A stretch of DNA of 58,626 nucleotides from an uncultured Spirochaetaceae bacterium (GTDB lineage Bacteria > Spirochaetota > Spirochaetia > Treponematales > Treponemataceae): NCBI GenBank assembly GCA_902772975.1, contig CACYCX010000116.1, positions 1 through 58,626 of the forward strand, read 5' to 3'. A program made the position numbers and the translations under genes. Shown here piece after piece: positions 7,685 through 21,100 of the stretch (its first letter is position 1; each line of letters starts with the position of its first letter). Under the pieces are notes generated by a model, which worked only from the letters and a program-made list of their open reading frames with translations, ran no database searches and was not told the origin of the DNA.

Positions 7685-9718
7685 ATGAGTGATGATTTTA
7701 GGCCACACAAGCCAAGGGCAGTACTTGAACCTGGAACGCTGGAAAATACAAGGCGCAATATCGGTCTGATTGATGCAGAAGAAGCTGCTAAGATGACGAA
7801 AATTTTAGGCGGCGAAATCTTAACTGAAAAATCAGTTCCTATCGATTATTCAAAACTCCCAAAACGCCCGATTCAACGAAATCATGTCGCAAGGGCAACC
7901 GGTAAGACAAGTGCGTCCGGTTCTGTTCCGTCATCAGCAGGTGCAGCTCTTTCTTCTACTCATAAGGAAGAGCCAAAAAAGAATGTTACCCGTACAGCAA
8001 ATCTCCCTTCAATTTCATCTAAAGACAATCAGCTTATTGATAAGCTCATGATGTCTCCTGAATACGGCATTAAGAAAAATTACGGCTTTTTGAATTTCTT
8101 AAAGGGAATCCAGAAGGACGGAAGGGAACGCTTTATTCCTGAATTCGCTGAAATTACGCTTAAGTGTCATATGGAACACATCAATGCATTTATCACAGTA
8201 ATGAAGACTTTTATTCAGCTTGCGCCTGATACATACAAAGCAAAAATACAGAATGAAACTGAACTCAAATTCAAATTCCTCAGGACAGTTGCAGCATGGT
8301 CAACGCGTGACATTAAGCTCACTTATATAAATCTTGAAACACTCAAGGGAAATGTTGTAGTAGCCGATTTGATTCCGTTTGTAAAAATGACATACCGGCT
8401 GATTATAACTGTTTTGTATTTAGGTGAAGCGACAGTAAACAGGCTTGTACGCGAAATTTATACTGACATGATAAAATATCCTAAGGCAGATCAGGAAAAA
8501 TTTTCCAAGCTTTCAAAAGAAGCGCTTACCGAATGGATGTACATTTATGTAAAAATCGCTCGCGGAATGTATCCCCTTTTGATGCGTATGTGCGGAACTC
8601 CTTACGAGGAATTTAACCGTTTCTTTGTAACGCAGATTTCAACAGTCCTTAATTTTGTGGGACTTAAAAAATTTGATATTCTTCTCCCGGAAAAAAAGGT
8701 TGATCCTGAAGCAATCAAAAAGGCAAGGGAAGAGGAAGAGCGGAAAGCCAAGGAAGAACAGAAAAAGCGTGATGAGGAAGAAGAGGCGCGTCTTAAAAAT
8801 GATATGGTTGATACAGGCCTCAACCTTCTTGATAAGCTTTTCCCGCAGGCTGGATTTTTGCATCTGGACAGCTTCCCTGATTTGTACGGCTATTTTGATC
8901 CGCTGTATGATTTTGATGATGAGTTTGTTTATGTTGCGCCGGAAAATCCGATTCAGATAACGCTTGTGCTTGCAAGAATTATAGAGGATTTCCTGAATGC
9001 AACCCACAATATGAAATTTGAGCCTGAACAGAACGAAGCGCTTACTGATCCGCGCGATAATTTTGTTACTGCAATCGGAGAATGGCCGTTATACCGTGAA
9101 GATTTGTTTGATAAAAAATATGCGCCTTCATTAAAGCAGCTTGTTGACCAGACATATACTCAGGCAAATTTCGGACAGACTCAGGTAGGAAAAAAAGTAA
9201 TCACAGATTTGTACTGGATGACAAAGTGGAACTTTTTGCCGCAGTTTACATTCGACCAGCTTTTGCTTGAGCGTCCGATTAATGATAATAAATACATAGC
9301 GCTTAACATGCGTACTTCATTTTTCCGCAGGGCGTTTACATATCTTACCCAGCAGATTGCGTCGGCTGAGGCATCAAAGGGTTCTGTTGGCGGACTTGAA
9401 AATCCGTGGGAGCACTACCAGTTTGACTTTCCGTCACCAGTCAGCCGCCGCCTTGATGTCCTCTTGAATGGAAAGAATAAGGGCGCGAATTGTACGGCGA
9501 CAAACGCAAACCTCATAAAATATCTTGTCTGCATCGTATCTGTGCTTGACTGGTGGGTAAATGCAAAGGGAAGCCCTGCGTATAAGACTGACCCAAAGCA
9601 TATTTACCGTACTATGCCTGGTTCAAATGAACCGGCGTTTTCTGTCGAAGCGCGTAACGATCAGGATAAGCTTTTTGCCGAAGCCATAAAAAACAGCGTT
9701 CAGAAAAAAGCAGAATAA
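7685..9718 (+). CDS. Hypothetical cytoplasmic protein with central charged coiled-coil segment
   Basis: 677-aa ORF, GGAG RBS, EAIKKAREEEERKAKEEQKKRDEEEEAR; no family recognised. Confidence 0.75.
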   Translation: MSDDFRPHKPRAVLEPGTLENTRRNIGLIDAEEAAKMTKILGGEILTEKSVPIDYSKLPKRPIQRNHVARATGKTSASGSVPSSAGAALSSTHKEEPKKNVTRTANLPSISSKDNQLIDKLMMSPEYGIKKNYGFLNFLKGIQKDGRERFIPEFAEITLKCHMEHINAFITVMKTFIQLAPDTYKAKIQNETELKFKFLRTVAAWSTRDIKLTYINLETLKGNVVVADLIPFVKMTYRLIITVLYLGEATVNRLVREIYTDMIKYPKADQEKFSKLSKEALTEWMYIYVKIARGMYPLLMRMCGTPYEEFNRFFVTQISTVLNFVGLKKFDILLPEKKVDPEAIKKAREEEERKAKEEQKKRDEEEEARLKNDMVDTGLNLLDKLFPQAGFLHLDSFPDLYGYFDPLYDFDDEFVYVAPENPIQITLVLARIIEDFLNATHNMKFEPEQNEALTDPRDNFVTAIGEWPLYREDLFDKKYAPSLKQLVDQTYTQANFGQTQVGKKVITDLYWMTKWNFLPQFTFDQLLLERPINDNKYIALNMRTSFFRRAFTYLTQQIASAEASKGSVGGLENPWEHYQFDFPSPVSRRLDVLLNGKNKGANCTATNANLIKYLVCIVSVLDWWVNAKGSPAYKTDPKHIYRTMPGSNEPAFSVEARNDQDKLFAEAIKNSVQKKAE

Positions 9719-9851
9719 TTCGTGTTGAAAAGATCAATGACTTAGCGACTCACAGATTGCAGAAAATTATACTGTAAAAATTTCTTGTAAATTTTAATTT
9801 TTCGTGGTAAAATTTAACATTGAGAGTTTATGCTCGTCGGAGTGTGCAAAA

Positions 9852-11945
9852 GTGAATGTAAAGAAGTTCTTTCAGAGCCTTCAGTTCAGGCTCATCGCGA
9901 TTGTTGTTGCAATTTTTATCGTTTCAAATGTCATTGTTGTTTCTGCCGCTTTAAAGCTTGCAAAATCATCTACATCTGATTCAGTTGAACTGCTGCTTAA
10001 TTCCGTAACTGATTCAGCAGCCGGAAGAATCAAGGGCGAAACAGAAAAGCATTTCAGAATGCTTGAGGCTCTTGCATTGATGGATAATCTTAGAAATCCG
10101 GATATCCAATTGATAGAAAAATGCCGTGAAATGACTCGTATTTCAAAGAACAGTTCAGAATATGAGAATATAGGTTTTTATACTCTGAAAGGAGAGGGTT
10201 TTACTGCTGCCGGTCAGGCAATTCAAATTGAGCGCGCTTATATTGATGCTGCCCGTCATGGTGAAAATTTTCTTGCTGATCCTGCAATCAATCCTGTAAC
10301 GCATGTTCTGTTTCAGATTTATTCTGTTCCGGTATACGATGAAAACAAAAAGCCGGTTGCATGTCTTACGGCAAATGTAATGGGTGAGACGCTTTCAAAG
10401 AAAATTGAAGAGCTTTCATTTGGTGTTTCTGATTCAGTTATAAAAGTTATCAGCCGTAAAACCGGTCATGCCGTAGCTTCTACTCAGTTTGATGATGTAA
10501 TGGCATTTGATGATATTAATGAAATTGCTGATAAAAACCTCAAGCCGGTTCTTTCAAAGCTGATGAATGACGAGATTGGAAGCGACAGTTTTATTGATTC
10601 AAAAACTGGAAAGCAGATGCTTGCTGCATATCGTCCTATTGAGGGAACTGAATGGTCGGTTCTTGGTATATGCGCCTATGATGATTTCTATTCTCAGATT
10701 TCAAAGATGCAGGTGATTATCGGAACACTTGCGCTTGCAACGATTTTGATTTCGTTCATTGCTGTATGGCTTACAATGGCAATCAGCTTAAAGCCGCTTA
10801 AAACCGTTAAGGATGCAATCGATGATGTTGCAACAGGAGATGCTGACCTTACAAAACGTCTTGAAAAACACGGTGATGATGAAATTTCAGATGTTGTTGT
10901 TGAATTCAATGTCTTTATGGATAAGCTCCACGATATTATCAGTCAGGTTAAGAATTCAAAAGTTACGCTTGGATATGCCGGCGATAAGCTTCAGGAAAGC
11001 ACGCAGAACACGTCTGCTTCGATTACACAGATTCTTGCAAATATCGAATCCGTTCATTCGCAGATTAAGAACCAGTCAAAGAGCGTGCACGAAACTGCAA
11101 GCGCCGTAAACGAAATTGCGGCAAACATTGAGTCACTCGAAAAGATGATTGACAGACAGACAGCCGGAGTAACGGAAGCGTCTGCAGCGGTTGAAGAGAT
11201 GATTGGAAACATTCACTCGGTAACTGATTCTGTAGAGCGAATGTCTGCTTCGTTTAGTGAGCTTTTAATTAATGCACAGAACGGAATTGATGTTCAGAAC
11301 GGAATGAACGAAAAGATTGAGCTTATCAAGGGGCAGAGCGAGACGCTGCAGGAAGCCAATACCGCAATTTCGGCAATTGCTTCTCAAACAAACCTGCTTG
11401 CCATGAATGCCGCAATCGAAGCCGCACACGCCGGCGAATCAGGAAAAGGCTTTGCGGTTGTTGCTGACGAAATCCGTAAGCTTTCTGAAACATCAACGCA
11501 GCAGTCAAAGACAATTGGTGAACAGCTAAAGAATATTCAGACTTCAATCAGCGAAGTAGTTATTTCTTCCGAGCAGTCAAGCAAGGCGTTTAACGGCGTT
11601 ACTGAAAAAATCAAGCAAACTGATGAAGTCGTGCGCCAGATTAAGGATGCAATGCTTGAACAGAACGAAGGTTCACGCCAGATTAGCGATGTCCTTAATT
11701 TGATGAACGACAGCGCACATCAGGTTAAAACGGCCGGAACAGAAATGGCCACCGGAAACTCCGCTATTCTCGAAGAGGTCCGCAATCTTCAGGATGTAAC
11801 AACCGTAATGCAGCAGAGCGTTGACGAAATGAGTGTTGGTGCCAAGAAGATTAATGAGACCGGCGAAGAGCTCCGCTCAATTGCAATCGAGATGGAAGAT
11901 TCGATTAACGAAATCGGCGGCCAGATTGATTTGTTCAAAGTATAA
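9852..11945 (+). CDS. Methyl-accepting chemotaxis protein (Cache-like sensor, HAMP, signalling domain)
   Basis: Two TM helices, [52 protein letters not shown]; GTG start 9852 after GGAG. Confidence 0.95.
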   Translation: MNVKKFFQSLQFRLIAIVVAIFIVSNVIVVSAALKLAKSSTSDSVELLLNSVTDSAAGRIKGETEKHFRMLEALALMDNLRNPDIQLIEKCREMTRISKNSSEYENIGFYTLKGEGFTAAGQAIQIERAYIDAARHGENFLADPAINPVTHVLFQIYSVPVYDENKKPVACLTANVMGETLSKKIEELSFGVSDSVIKVISRKTGHAVASTQFDDVMAFDDINEIADKNLKPVLSKLMNDEIGSDSFIDSKTGKQMLAAYRPIEGTEWSVLGICAYDDFYSQISKMQVIIGTLALATILISFIAVWLTMAISLKPLKTVKDAIDDVATGDADLTKRLEKHGDDEISDVVVEFNVFMDKLHDIISQVKNSKVTLGYAGDKLQESTQNTSASITQILANIESVHSQIKNQSKSVHETASAVNEIAANIESLEKMIDRQTAGVTEASAAVEEMIGNIHSVTDSVERMSASFSELLINAQNGIDVQNGMNEKIELIKGQSETLQEANTAISAIASQTNLLAMNAAIEAAHAGESGKGFAVVADEIRKLSETSTQQSKTIGEQLKNIQTSISEVVISSEQSSKAFNGVTEKIKQTDEVVRQIKDAMLEQNEGSRQISDVLNLMNDSAHQVKTAGTEMATGNSAILEEVRNLQDVTTVMQQSVDEMSVGAKKINETGEELRSIAIEMEDSINEIGGQIDLFKV

Positions 11946-12004
11946 GGCAAGCGTAAAATTGCTGACGGAGTTTATTTCCTGAAAACAATAAGATAAGAAA
12001 TAAT

Positions 12005-12059
12005 AAAGGCTGTCTGAACCAAAATGCAAATGCACTTCAAATCGGGCAGCCTTTTTTTT
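12005..12059. terminator. Terminator between convergent MCP and rubrerythrin genes
   Basis: AAAGGCTGTCTGA...TCGGGCAGCCTTTTTTTT inverted repeat. Confidence 0.7.
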
Positions 12060-12087
12060 AGCAGCTATGTTTTATTGACAGCTTTTA

Positions 12088-12624
12088 TCAGTAATTTTCT
12101 GCGCTGATTTCAAAATAGCTTTTCGGGTGAGCGCAAACAGGGCAAACCTCAGGAGCTTTTGTTCCTACAATTATGTGGCCGCAGTTACGGCATTCCCAAA
12201 CCTTAACTTCGCTCTTTTCGAATACGGCAGCCGTCTCGATATTTTTAAGCAGTGCGCGGTAGCGTTCCTCGTGGCGCTTTTCGATTGCAGCTACCATGCG
12301 GAATTTTGCAGCGAGAGAAGCAAAGCCTTCTTCTTCCGCGGTTTTTGCAAAGCCCTCATACATGTCAGTCCATTCAAAGTTTTCGCCGTCAGCGGCTGCC
12401 TTAAGGTTATCTGAAGTATCACCGATTCCTTCGAGTTCCTTGAACCACATCTTTGCGTGTTCTTTTTCGTTGTTTGCTGTTGCTTCAAAAATTGCGGCAA
12501 TTTGCTCAAACCCGTCTTTCTTGGCACGAGAAGCAAAGTAAGTATATTTATTGCGTGCCTGTGATTCTCCGGCAAAGGCTGCCTGAAGATTCTTTTCTGT
12601 CTGTGTTCCTGCGTATTTACTCAT
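12088..12624 (-). CDS. rbr: Rubrerythrin
   Basis: [28 protein letters not shown] di-iron motifs; C-terminal CRNCG...CPVCAHP; AGGAGG RBS. Confidence 0.95.
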   Translation of the reverse strand: MSKYAGTQTEKNLQAAFAGESQARNKYTYFASRAKKDGFEQIAAIFEATANNEKEHAKMWFKELEGIGDTSDNLKAAADGENFEWTDMYEGFAKTAEEEGFASLAAKFRMVAAIEKRHEERYRALLKNIETAAVFEKSEVKVWECRNCGHIIVGTKAPEVCPVCAHPKSYFEISAENY

Positions 12625-12660
12625 AAGTTCCTCCTATTTTTATTTTCTCATTGAATTTTA

Positions 12661-14349
12661 TTATTCGTCAATTCCTTTATTGTCTTTTTCGCGAATTTCT
12701 ACACGGCGGATTTTTCCCGAAATGGTTTTTGGAAGCTCATCAACAAATTCGATGATGCGCGGATGCTTGTACGAAGCAGTCTGGCTTTTTACCCATTCCT
12801 GAAGTTCAATTTCGAGCGCATGATTGGGTTCGTAGCCCTTTGTAAGAACGATTGTCGCCTTTACCAGCTGGCCGCGTTTTGGATCAAGCACGCCTGTTAC
12901 CGCACATTCAAGAACGGCCGGATGCTGCTGCAAAACGCTTTCAACTTCAAACGGACTGATTCTGTAACCGGAGCTCTTGATGATGTCATCGCTTCTTCCA
13001 ACAAACCAGATATAGCCGTCTTCGTCCATAGTTGCCGTATCGCCGGTGTGATATATGCCGTTGTCAAATGCCTCGGCTGTAAGCGAAACATCCTGATAGT
13101 ATCCTGCAAAAAGTCCGAGCGGCCGGCCTTTGTCGAGCTTGATTACAATCTGGCCTGTTTCGCCAGGAGCACACGGACTGCCGTCAGATTTTACGATGGC
13201 GACATTATATCCAGGGGCGGGCTTACCCATTGAGCCTGGTTTTGGTTCCATGCCAGGGAAGTTACCTGCAATTACTGTTGATTCAGTCTGGCCGTATGCC
13301 TCAAACATTTTGATTCCGGTCTGTTCGTAGAAGCGGTTGTAAACTTCTGCATTCAAAGCCTCGCCCGCCGTAACGCAATACTTGAGCGAAGAAAAGTCGT
13401 ATTTAGAAAGATTCTGGCGGATAAGATAGCGGTAAACGGTCGGCGGTGCACAGAATGTCGTTACCTTGTAGTGCGACATTTTATTGAGCGTAAGGTCCGG
13501 CTTGAAAGAATCCATGTCGTATACAAAAACAGCGCTTCCTGCAATCCACTGTCCGTAGAGCTTTCCCCATACAGCCTTGCCCCAGCCTGTTTCTGCAATA
13601 GAAAGATGCAGTCCATCATCAACAACATTCTGCCAGTATTTTGCCGTTACGATATGACCGAGCGGATAAAGGAAATTGTGCTGAACCATCTTCGGATAGC
13701 CAGACGTGCCCGATGTAAAATAAAGCAGCATGATGTCATCATTGTGTGTTCCGCCTTCGCCACGGATCCTGTCAAAAATCGGAAGGCACATTTCGTATTC
13801 CTTGTGGAAATTAACCCAGCCTGGTCTGTCGCTTCCGACTGTAACGAGATTCTGAATCGATGGTGAATTAACGCGCGCTTTTTCGATTTCTTCCATTAAT
13901 TTTGGTTCTTCGGCTGCTACAAGCATTTTGATTTTAGCGGCGTTGTTCCTGTATTCAATGTCCTTGCGCAAAAGCTGATTTGTTGCCGGAACTGCAATGG
14001 CGCCGATTCGGTGAAGCGCAATCATAAACCACCAGAACTCATAGCGGCGGCGTAAAATAAGCATTACCGCATCGCCCTTACGGATTCCGTGTGCAGTAAG
14101 GAAGTTTGCAGTTTTCTTTGACATTTCCGAAATCTGCTTGAATGTAAAAATTTCTTCGCCGCCGTGATCATCGCACCAGACAAGCGCGCGTTTTTCAGGC
14201 TGCTCTTCTGCATAGCGGTCAACAATGTCGTATGAAAAGTTAAAGTTTTCCGGGATTTTAAATTTAAGGTTTTTCTTTAAATCGTCGTATCCGTTGTATT
14301 CACGCGGATCTTCAAAAAATTCATTTGCGAGATTCATATTTTTCCCCAT
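12661..14349 (-). CDS. AMP-binding acyl-CoA synthetase (acetyl-CoA synthetase-like)
   Basis: YFTSGTSGYPK, YGQTE, YHTGD, GRSDDIIKSSGYRI, PKTISGKIRR. Confidence 0.93.
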   Translation of the reverse strand: MGKNMNLANEFFEDPREYNGYDDLKKNLKFKIPENFNFSYDIVDRYAEEQPEKRALVWCDDHGGEEIFTFKQISEMSKKTANFLTAHGIRKGDAVMLILRRRYEFWWFMIALHRIGAIAVPATNQLLRKDIEYRNNAAKIKMLVAAEEPKLMEEIEKARVNSPSIQNLVTVGSDRPGWVNFHKEYEMCLPIFDRIRGEGGTHNDDIMLLYFTSGTSGYPKMVQHNFLYPLGHIVTAKYWQNVVDDGLHLSIAETGWGKAVWGKLYGQWIAGSAVFVYDMDSFKPDLTLNKMSHYKVTTFCAPPTVYRYLIRQNLSKYDFSSLKYCVTAGEALNAEVYNRFYEQTGIKMFEAYGQTESTVIAGNFPGMEPKPGSMGKPAPGYNVAIVKSDGSPCAPGETGQIVIKLDKGRPLGLFAGYYQDVSLTAEAFDNGIYHTGDTATMDEDGYIWFVGRSDDIIKSSGYRISPFEVESVLQQHPAVLECAVTGVLDPKRGQLVKATIVLTKGYEPNHALEIELQEWVKSQTASYKHPRIIEFVDELPKTISGKIRRVEIREKDNKGIDE

Positions 14350-14443
14350 TCAGTAAAAATGTGTAAAAAGTATCTATTTGTGTTCTATTATTATAGACCA
14401 TTTTTTCTTTAAAAAGTTGCATGAAAATGATATAATTTAAAAC

Positions 14444-15151
14444 ATGATTTATAAGAATGATTTATCAAAGCAAAAATCAGCAGAAAAATCATTTGTAATA
14501 CGATACATTTGTTCGTGGATTCCTGCCGTAGCTTTGAGCGGACTGTTTATTTATTTTCTGACGGGCGGAAAAGTGGTAAGCCTTTATTTTCTGGCAGGCG
14601 TTATGGCTTTTGTCGTTTTTGAAGGAATTGTCGTCATCTGGTTTACATTGAAGCGAAACCGCGCCCTTTATCCTAATTATGAGCTCGAAATTACCGATGA
14701 ATATATTGAATGCAGGAATATTTGCTTTTTGAGGCGAATTCAGAAAAGCGAAATTAAAGCGATAAATTTAGTTGCAGGAAAAAAATTAGAAATTATCGGA
14801 AGCTTTGGTGAAAAAATTTTTGTCGCTTCGACACTCGAAAAATTTGATGAACTGAAGGAAACGCTTAATTCAATTCGGCCTGTTACTGTAAAATTTTCAG
14901 GGCAGTTTATTCCGCTTGCACTTTTAGTGTCAGGCGTTTTGTATGCTGCGTCCCTTTATTTCAGGAACGTGCCGTTTTTCTTTGTGAGCGCGCCGCTTTT
15001 TGTAATCCTGCTTTCTGCTTCATTTATCAGGATGATGAATCAGTTTTCGTATCGTCCGATAGTAAAGATTTTGTTTGCAGTTGTGTATCTTAAAATTATT
15101 TATAATCTTGTTTCTGGAATTGCGACAGTCGTAAAGACTTTGTGGTTTTAG
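14444..15151 (+). CDS. Hypothetical integral membrane protein
   Basis: About 5 hydrophobic segments; TGaTATAAT 7 nt before the ATG. Confidence 0.7.
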   Translation: MIYKNDLSKQKSAEKSFVIRYICSWIPAVALSGLFIYFLTGGKVVSLYFLAGVMAFVVFEGIVVIWFTLKRNRALYPNYELEITDEYIECRNICFLRRIQKSEIKAINLVAGKKLEIIGSFGEKIFVASTLEKFDELKETLNSIRPVTVKFSGQFIPLALLVSGVLYAASLYFRNVPFFFVSAPLFVILLSASFIRMMNQFSYRPIVKILFAVVYLKIIYNLVSGIATVVKTLWF

Positions 15152-15196
15152 AAAATTTTTGAGCTTGAATTATTATTGTGGGCAGGAGTTTAGCGC

Positions 15197-18100
15197 GTGA
15201 AAAAAATCAGGAATTATTTAATTTTTCCGCTTGTAGTTTTTTCATCATTATGCGCAAATTCATTCTCGGAGCAGTGGCGCTGGAAAAACGACGGCGTTGA
15301 CGGAAGCTGGACTGACTCCGGGGTCTGGGAAAGCAGCTCGCTTGGAATTACATGGAGCGATTCTGACAGTTACCCTGACAGCTCAAGCGATACGGTTTAC
15401 CTGAGGGGAACTTCTGATACGGTAATCACAATACCGGCCGGAAAAAATATTTCTGTCGGCTATCTTGCAATGAACACAGATGCATCGTCCGGGAACGTTA
15501 CAATTACGGTTAACGGAAGTCTTTCAGTAAATTATCTTTATACAAACTACAAGGACGGAAGCTCAGGAAATTCAACTTTAGAAATTAACGGAGAAGCCTC
15601 AGTAACTAACTTCCGCGTAAAGATGAAGGGAACTGAAAAAAATGATTCTTCAACTTCAACCGGAAAAGCATATGTAAGCATTGCGTCAGGAAAAACTCTT
15701 ACCGTTACGAATTTCTGCATGGCGGCCGGTAATACTGCAAAGGCAAATACTTACATCGGACTGGCAGGCGCCGGAACTTTAGAGGCATCAAAATTTGATT
15801 TTCCAGAAAACTATACTCACGAAGTAAACATCAGCTCCGGCTCAACATTTAAAATTACCGGAAGCTTTATGGGTGACTCAAACACAGCCGGAAACATGAA
15901 ATTTACCGGAAGCGGAAATTTATATGTTCCTGCAAGCGGCGCCGATATGGGCTATGGTGAAATAATCGGACCGTCTTATGCATCTACGCTGAAAATATAT
16001 CCTTACGGAACGCCGTCGTATTATACAGTTTCTGTTTCAGGTCTTAACGGTTTTTCAGAATCATCGCCTGTTTCGATTGAAGTTACACGCGTTGTAGACA
16101 GCGCAAACCGCAAGGCAACAGTTCATTATCCCTACGAAATAATTGATGTGACATCAACTGCCACTGCGGTTTTCAGCTTTAACGGAACGGACGGAATTTC
16201 TTCAGGAGATACGGGAACGCTTGATCTTGATAAAAATACCGGCTCTGATACTTTTGAAATAAGCGTTAGCGATGGGATGGCGGAAAATGACGGATTTAAA
16301 ATTAAGATTCTAACTCCAGATAAATCGCGAGTGCTTGCCGAAGTAGAATGGTACAAGGGAAAACTCATCTGGACTGGTTCTGCATCGTCGGCTTGGGAAA
16401 ATGAAGATAACTGGTCTGGACTTGAAGCCGGTAAAACGCTCGCTGAAAATCTTGAAGGAAAAGACATCGTAATAAATTATGCTGTTTCAAACATGCCGTC
16501 AGTTTCAAGCGGCACATACAGCATAGCCTCGCTTGAGGTAAAATCAAATGCAAGCGTAAATTTAACAGGCGGAAATCTTTCGTGCGATGTTCTGACGCTT
16601 GCTGATTCTTCGGGGCGCGCCGTAATAAGCCAGAGCGGCGGCACGCTGACATTAAAAGAAGCGCACATAAACGGAAATTCGTCGTTTGCTTCGACATCTG
16701 GTACTGTGGTTATGGCGGGAAGCGCGCCGGTATTGGATGCGAATAAAAACGACAGCGCGGAATTTTATAATCTTACGATTGAATCAGGCGCGACCTTTTC
16801 ACCAGCCAAAACGATTACGGTAAAGGGAAGCCTTGAGAATAACGGCAATTTTAATCCGACAGGTGTGTGCTCGGTTGCCGGAAAGCTTTTGAATTACGGG
16901 AAGGCGGCGTTTAATCAGCTTGATTTTACTGGAACGCAAATTGTTTTTGGAGATGACAGTTCAGATACTTTTAAAATAAGCTCAAATGCTTTTTCAGTTT
17001 CAGCAGGAATTACCGTAAAGGCCGCAGGAAGGCTTACATTTACAAAAGGCTTTTCCTGTTCAAGTGCGATTGATTTAACTGCCGATACTACTGTTATAGT
17101 TCCTTCTTCATACAAGGCGGTTTTTTCCGGTGAGGTTAACAGCGCAACAAGCGGAGAAAGCAAGCTTGTTCTGGGGAATTCTTCAAATCCGACTGAATGT
17201 ACTTTTGAAGCTGGAATCGGAAAGTCGCGTGAATTAAAATCATTTACACAGGGAACAGGCGTAATTGAATTTTCTGCGGGCGCTGTCGTAAATACAAAGC
17301 GTGAACAAAATTATAATGCAAATGTAAATGCTGCCGGAGCGCTTTCTTTAAAGACAAGCTCATCATCAAATGGAAAGATAATCATAAAGGGCGGAACCAT
17401 AACTACAGGCGGCTCTTTCACTGTTATAAACGCAGGCATGTTCGACTTACAGGGAGATGCCTTAATTACCGTTTCAAGCGGCATGTTCACACAGACAGGA
17501 AATGGAAGCATTCAGTGTGCAGGAAACATAACTTCGACAAACGGAATATCATTCCGCAAAGACGCCTATCTCTATAGCAGTACCGGCGCTGGCGAAACTT
17601 CCATGACGCTTAACGCATCAAGCGGTGCTTCTTCATCTTCAGTCCCCAAAATAAATGCAGGCGGCACGCTCTATATAGCCGCGGCTTCTTCAAAAGAAAT
17701 TATTTTAATGTCACCGGTCAATGCTGTAAATTTTGTGCTTGCCGGCGGAAAAGTTTCGCCAGACGCCTCCGGTTCACAATGCACGGGAATTACAGCTACA
17801 AAGGATATCGTTCTTTTTGGTTCAAATTATTCTGAAGATGATACAGGTACCGGCGGTTCGGGGGTGACCGGGCTTTTTAAATATAATCATGCGCTCAGGA
17901 CAAGCGACAATCTTTGCGCAACGGTAAACGCTACGATTCAATCAAAGCGGCCGGACGGAACTTCAATTTCGTACAACGCAGGCTCGTTTACTTCGCTTTC
18001 AGGAAAGACGCTTAGTGCAGGAAAAAATTTTTATGCAAACGGAATTGATTTAAATGGCGGCGCTGAAGGCTGGACGCTTACGATTTTAAATACGAACAAT

Positions 18101-21100
18101 GCAAAACAATGCTTTGCCGAAATGTACAACCTTACGGTAAGCGGCTGCTCGGCTTCGTATTTTGTAAGCGCTGCGGAAGGCTGTACGGATGGTTCGGGAA
18201 ATACGAACATAGATTTTTCGCGTCCGGTGATTGCAGCAAATGATTCTTCAAAAGCAACACAGACTGGCGGAAGCGCCGTTGAGACTTCCAATTTAAGCGG
18301 AACTTATACTTTGTTTGATGACATAATCAGGATTGAGTTTAAAGATTCTGTAACCGGTGCATCAAAAAAAATTGAGAACACGAATAATGAAATTTCTAAG
18401 GCAATCGAAAATGCCGGAATAAAATTCAGCGGCGGCTCGTATAATTTTTCAAGCGCGTACATCGATGCAAACTGTACGGTTTCGACAGACGGCAAAGGCG
18501 ATCTGTCTGTTTTCTATCTTAAGGCATCGCGGAAATGGAATACGGACGCGACAGGCTCTTCAATCGGAAACGCCGACAGCTCTGATACAACCGCAGCGCA
18601 TTCTGAATTAAAGCCTGATATTTATTTACCAAAGGCGCTTTCGACCTTGTATGCCTCGCTGCGTGATGAACACAAAAACCGCGTGGCCCATTATGCATCA
18701 AGTCCGGCGGGAAGCTCGTTGTTTACAGGAACGGCAGACAGAACGCCGCCTTCGCTCGTTGCGGTAAGGCTCGGACAGGAGCTGCATGATTCAAATCTTT
18801 CGTCGCAGAAAGCTTACGATGCGCATAATTTTATTGAGCTTCAGTATTCCGAGCCTGTCGATTTGGGAGCTCTTTTACACGACGGTTCGGGATATGTAAA
18901 CCTTACGCCGCAAGCTTCCTTTACTTCTTCATCAAATTACGGCGGACTTATTTCAAACGACGCGACGGGATTTTCAATTGCAGGATACTGTTCAATTTCA
19001 AAAGGCGCAGTTCATACAGGTTCGCGTACAAAAGAAAATTCCGTCACATCTGAAAATCTGAACGTAAATTCACTTTACAGAAATTTTTCCATTACGCCGG
19101 GCGGAACGGAAGCGGTGCAGCCTTGCAGATTGAGGATAAGCGTTGCAGGTTACAAGGACGGCACTGTAAATGTAAACGGAACTTCGCTTAACTGGTGGCC
19201 TGGCTTTATCAGGAATACGACTGTTTCTCCTGAAGGCGGAATAGTTACAAGAACTGAAAATAATTTTATCATTGCGGCTGGTTATGGCGGACCTTCATCA
19301 GAAAATCATCTGGCAGTCTCTGGAAGCGGAAGCCGTGTTCTTCCTTCAATTACAGTTGATGCAGAAGAATCAGGCTTGTTCGGACCATGGGATTTGTCGC
19401 CGCCGTCAGTTGCGCATTACATCAAGGAAACTCAATGGAGCGAAAGCCATCCGTTTAAGGAAATCCTTCCGGTTGACCTTACGAATGCCGGATATGTAAA
19501 TTCGTTTGAGCTTCATATCCTTGATAATACGCCGGCATATTCTGCAAGTGATGCGTATCAGTGGTACACGCGTGAAGGCTGGTATGCCGGTTCTTCCAAG
19601 ATGAGCGTTGTTTCCGGGGAACCGCTTGATTTCAGGGGCGGCTCAAAAATGCAGGACGGCACGAACAAGACTAACGGCGGCCTCAGGACTTCTTCGCTTT
19701 ACAATTCGATTGGCGCATTTTCGTACCGCGACAACACGACAAATTACGACGGAAATGTTACAGGTGAATTTTATCAGAAGACAACCGTTGCATCGTTCTT
19801 TGGAGACAGCGGCTCACTTGAATATGACATCCCGTACATCGGATTAAAAATTACGGGACGCAGCTCTGATATTACTTCTGATGATTATTTGATTTCGTAC
19901 AGGGGAAACGCACAGCAGAACGGATTTGTAACTGACCTTGCCGGAAACCTGCTTGCTGATTTTGTGAACTTTGAGGCGCCTGACAAAAACCCGCCGAAAT
20001 TTTCGCTTTCAATTGCGCCGCTTGATTCAAGTAAAATTTACATCCTTTTTTCTAAGCGCATAAATTACAAGTCAACTGGTGCTGAAGAAAAAATCGTCCG
20101 CTCGCTAAGGCTTGTTGATTCTTCCGATAACGATACAAATTTGATTGACTGGGACAACGGTTCGAGAATCCTTACAGGAAAGACAACTGATACTGCACGT
20201 GCAACTGGATTTGTAATCACGCTCGCGAACGATGCCTGCCTTACTTACGAGCAGATTAAAACATTAAAGCTTAAGGTTAACACATTCCCCGGCATGGATC
20301 CGGTAACAGGCGGAAGCGGCAACTTCTCGCAGATTTACGACTGGTATGACAATCCTGTGCCGGCTGCAGACAGTCACAGAATCACAGACTTTGCAGTGAA
20401 TGTGATTGATGTTAATTACGCATACGACGGACGGAACAGTGATACGGCAATGCTTGGTAAAAATCTTATTACACCAGACGAATGGACTGTCCGTGATTTT
20501 TCCGGTTCCGGGCTTAATACAACAAAAGTCCTTTCTGAAAAAGATGTGTCCGTCGTATGCAGCGTGAACAAAAATGCAGCCGGCACAATCGCCGACGAGA
20601 TTGAGATGCGCCTTGATATAAATCCGACATCAGGCTGTAACGGCGATAACTTTACGCTCAATTCAGGAATCAAGACGCGCCTCTGGATAAACGACATGCT
20701 GGAGCCGTTCTCGACAATCGCAAATACTTCTTCTTCATGCAAGGCGCTTTTGCCGGAATCATGGAGCGGCACAAATGATAACGGGATCCGCCATTTTATA
20801 ATTCCGAATAGTCCCACGACAAACGGAGCATATTTGTGGCCGGTTGGTTCTGAGATACAGTTTACATTCAAGATTAATGATTCTACACTTTCTGAACCGT
20901 TGTATGCAGCGCGCCTTAAAGATTCAAGTGATATAACAAGCATTGATTTGTGGTCAATGGAAATTGCATCAGTTACAAAGCAGCGCGGCGGCGTAACTAT
21001 CCTTAATAATGTAATTGATGTGAATACGCGCGAAAAATGTACGGTGCTTGTTGACATGCCAAAGAGCGGCCGGCTTAATGTTATCGTGATGACGCTTGAT

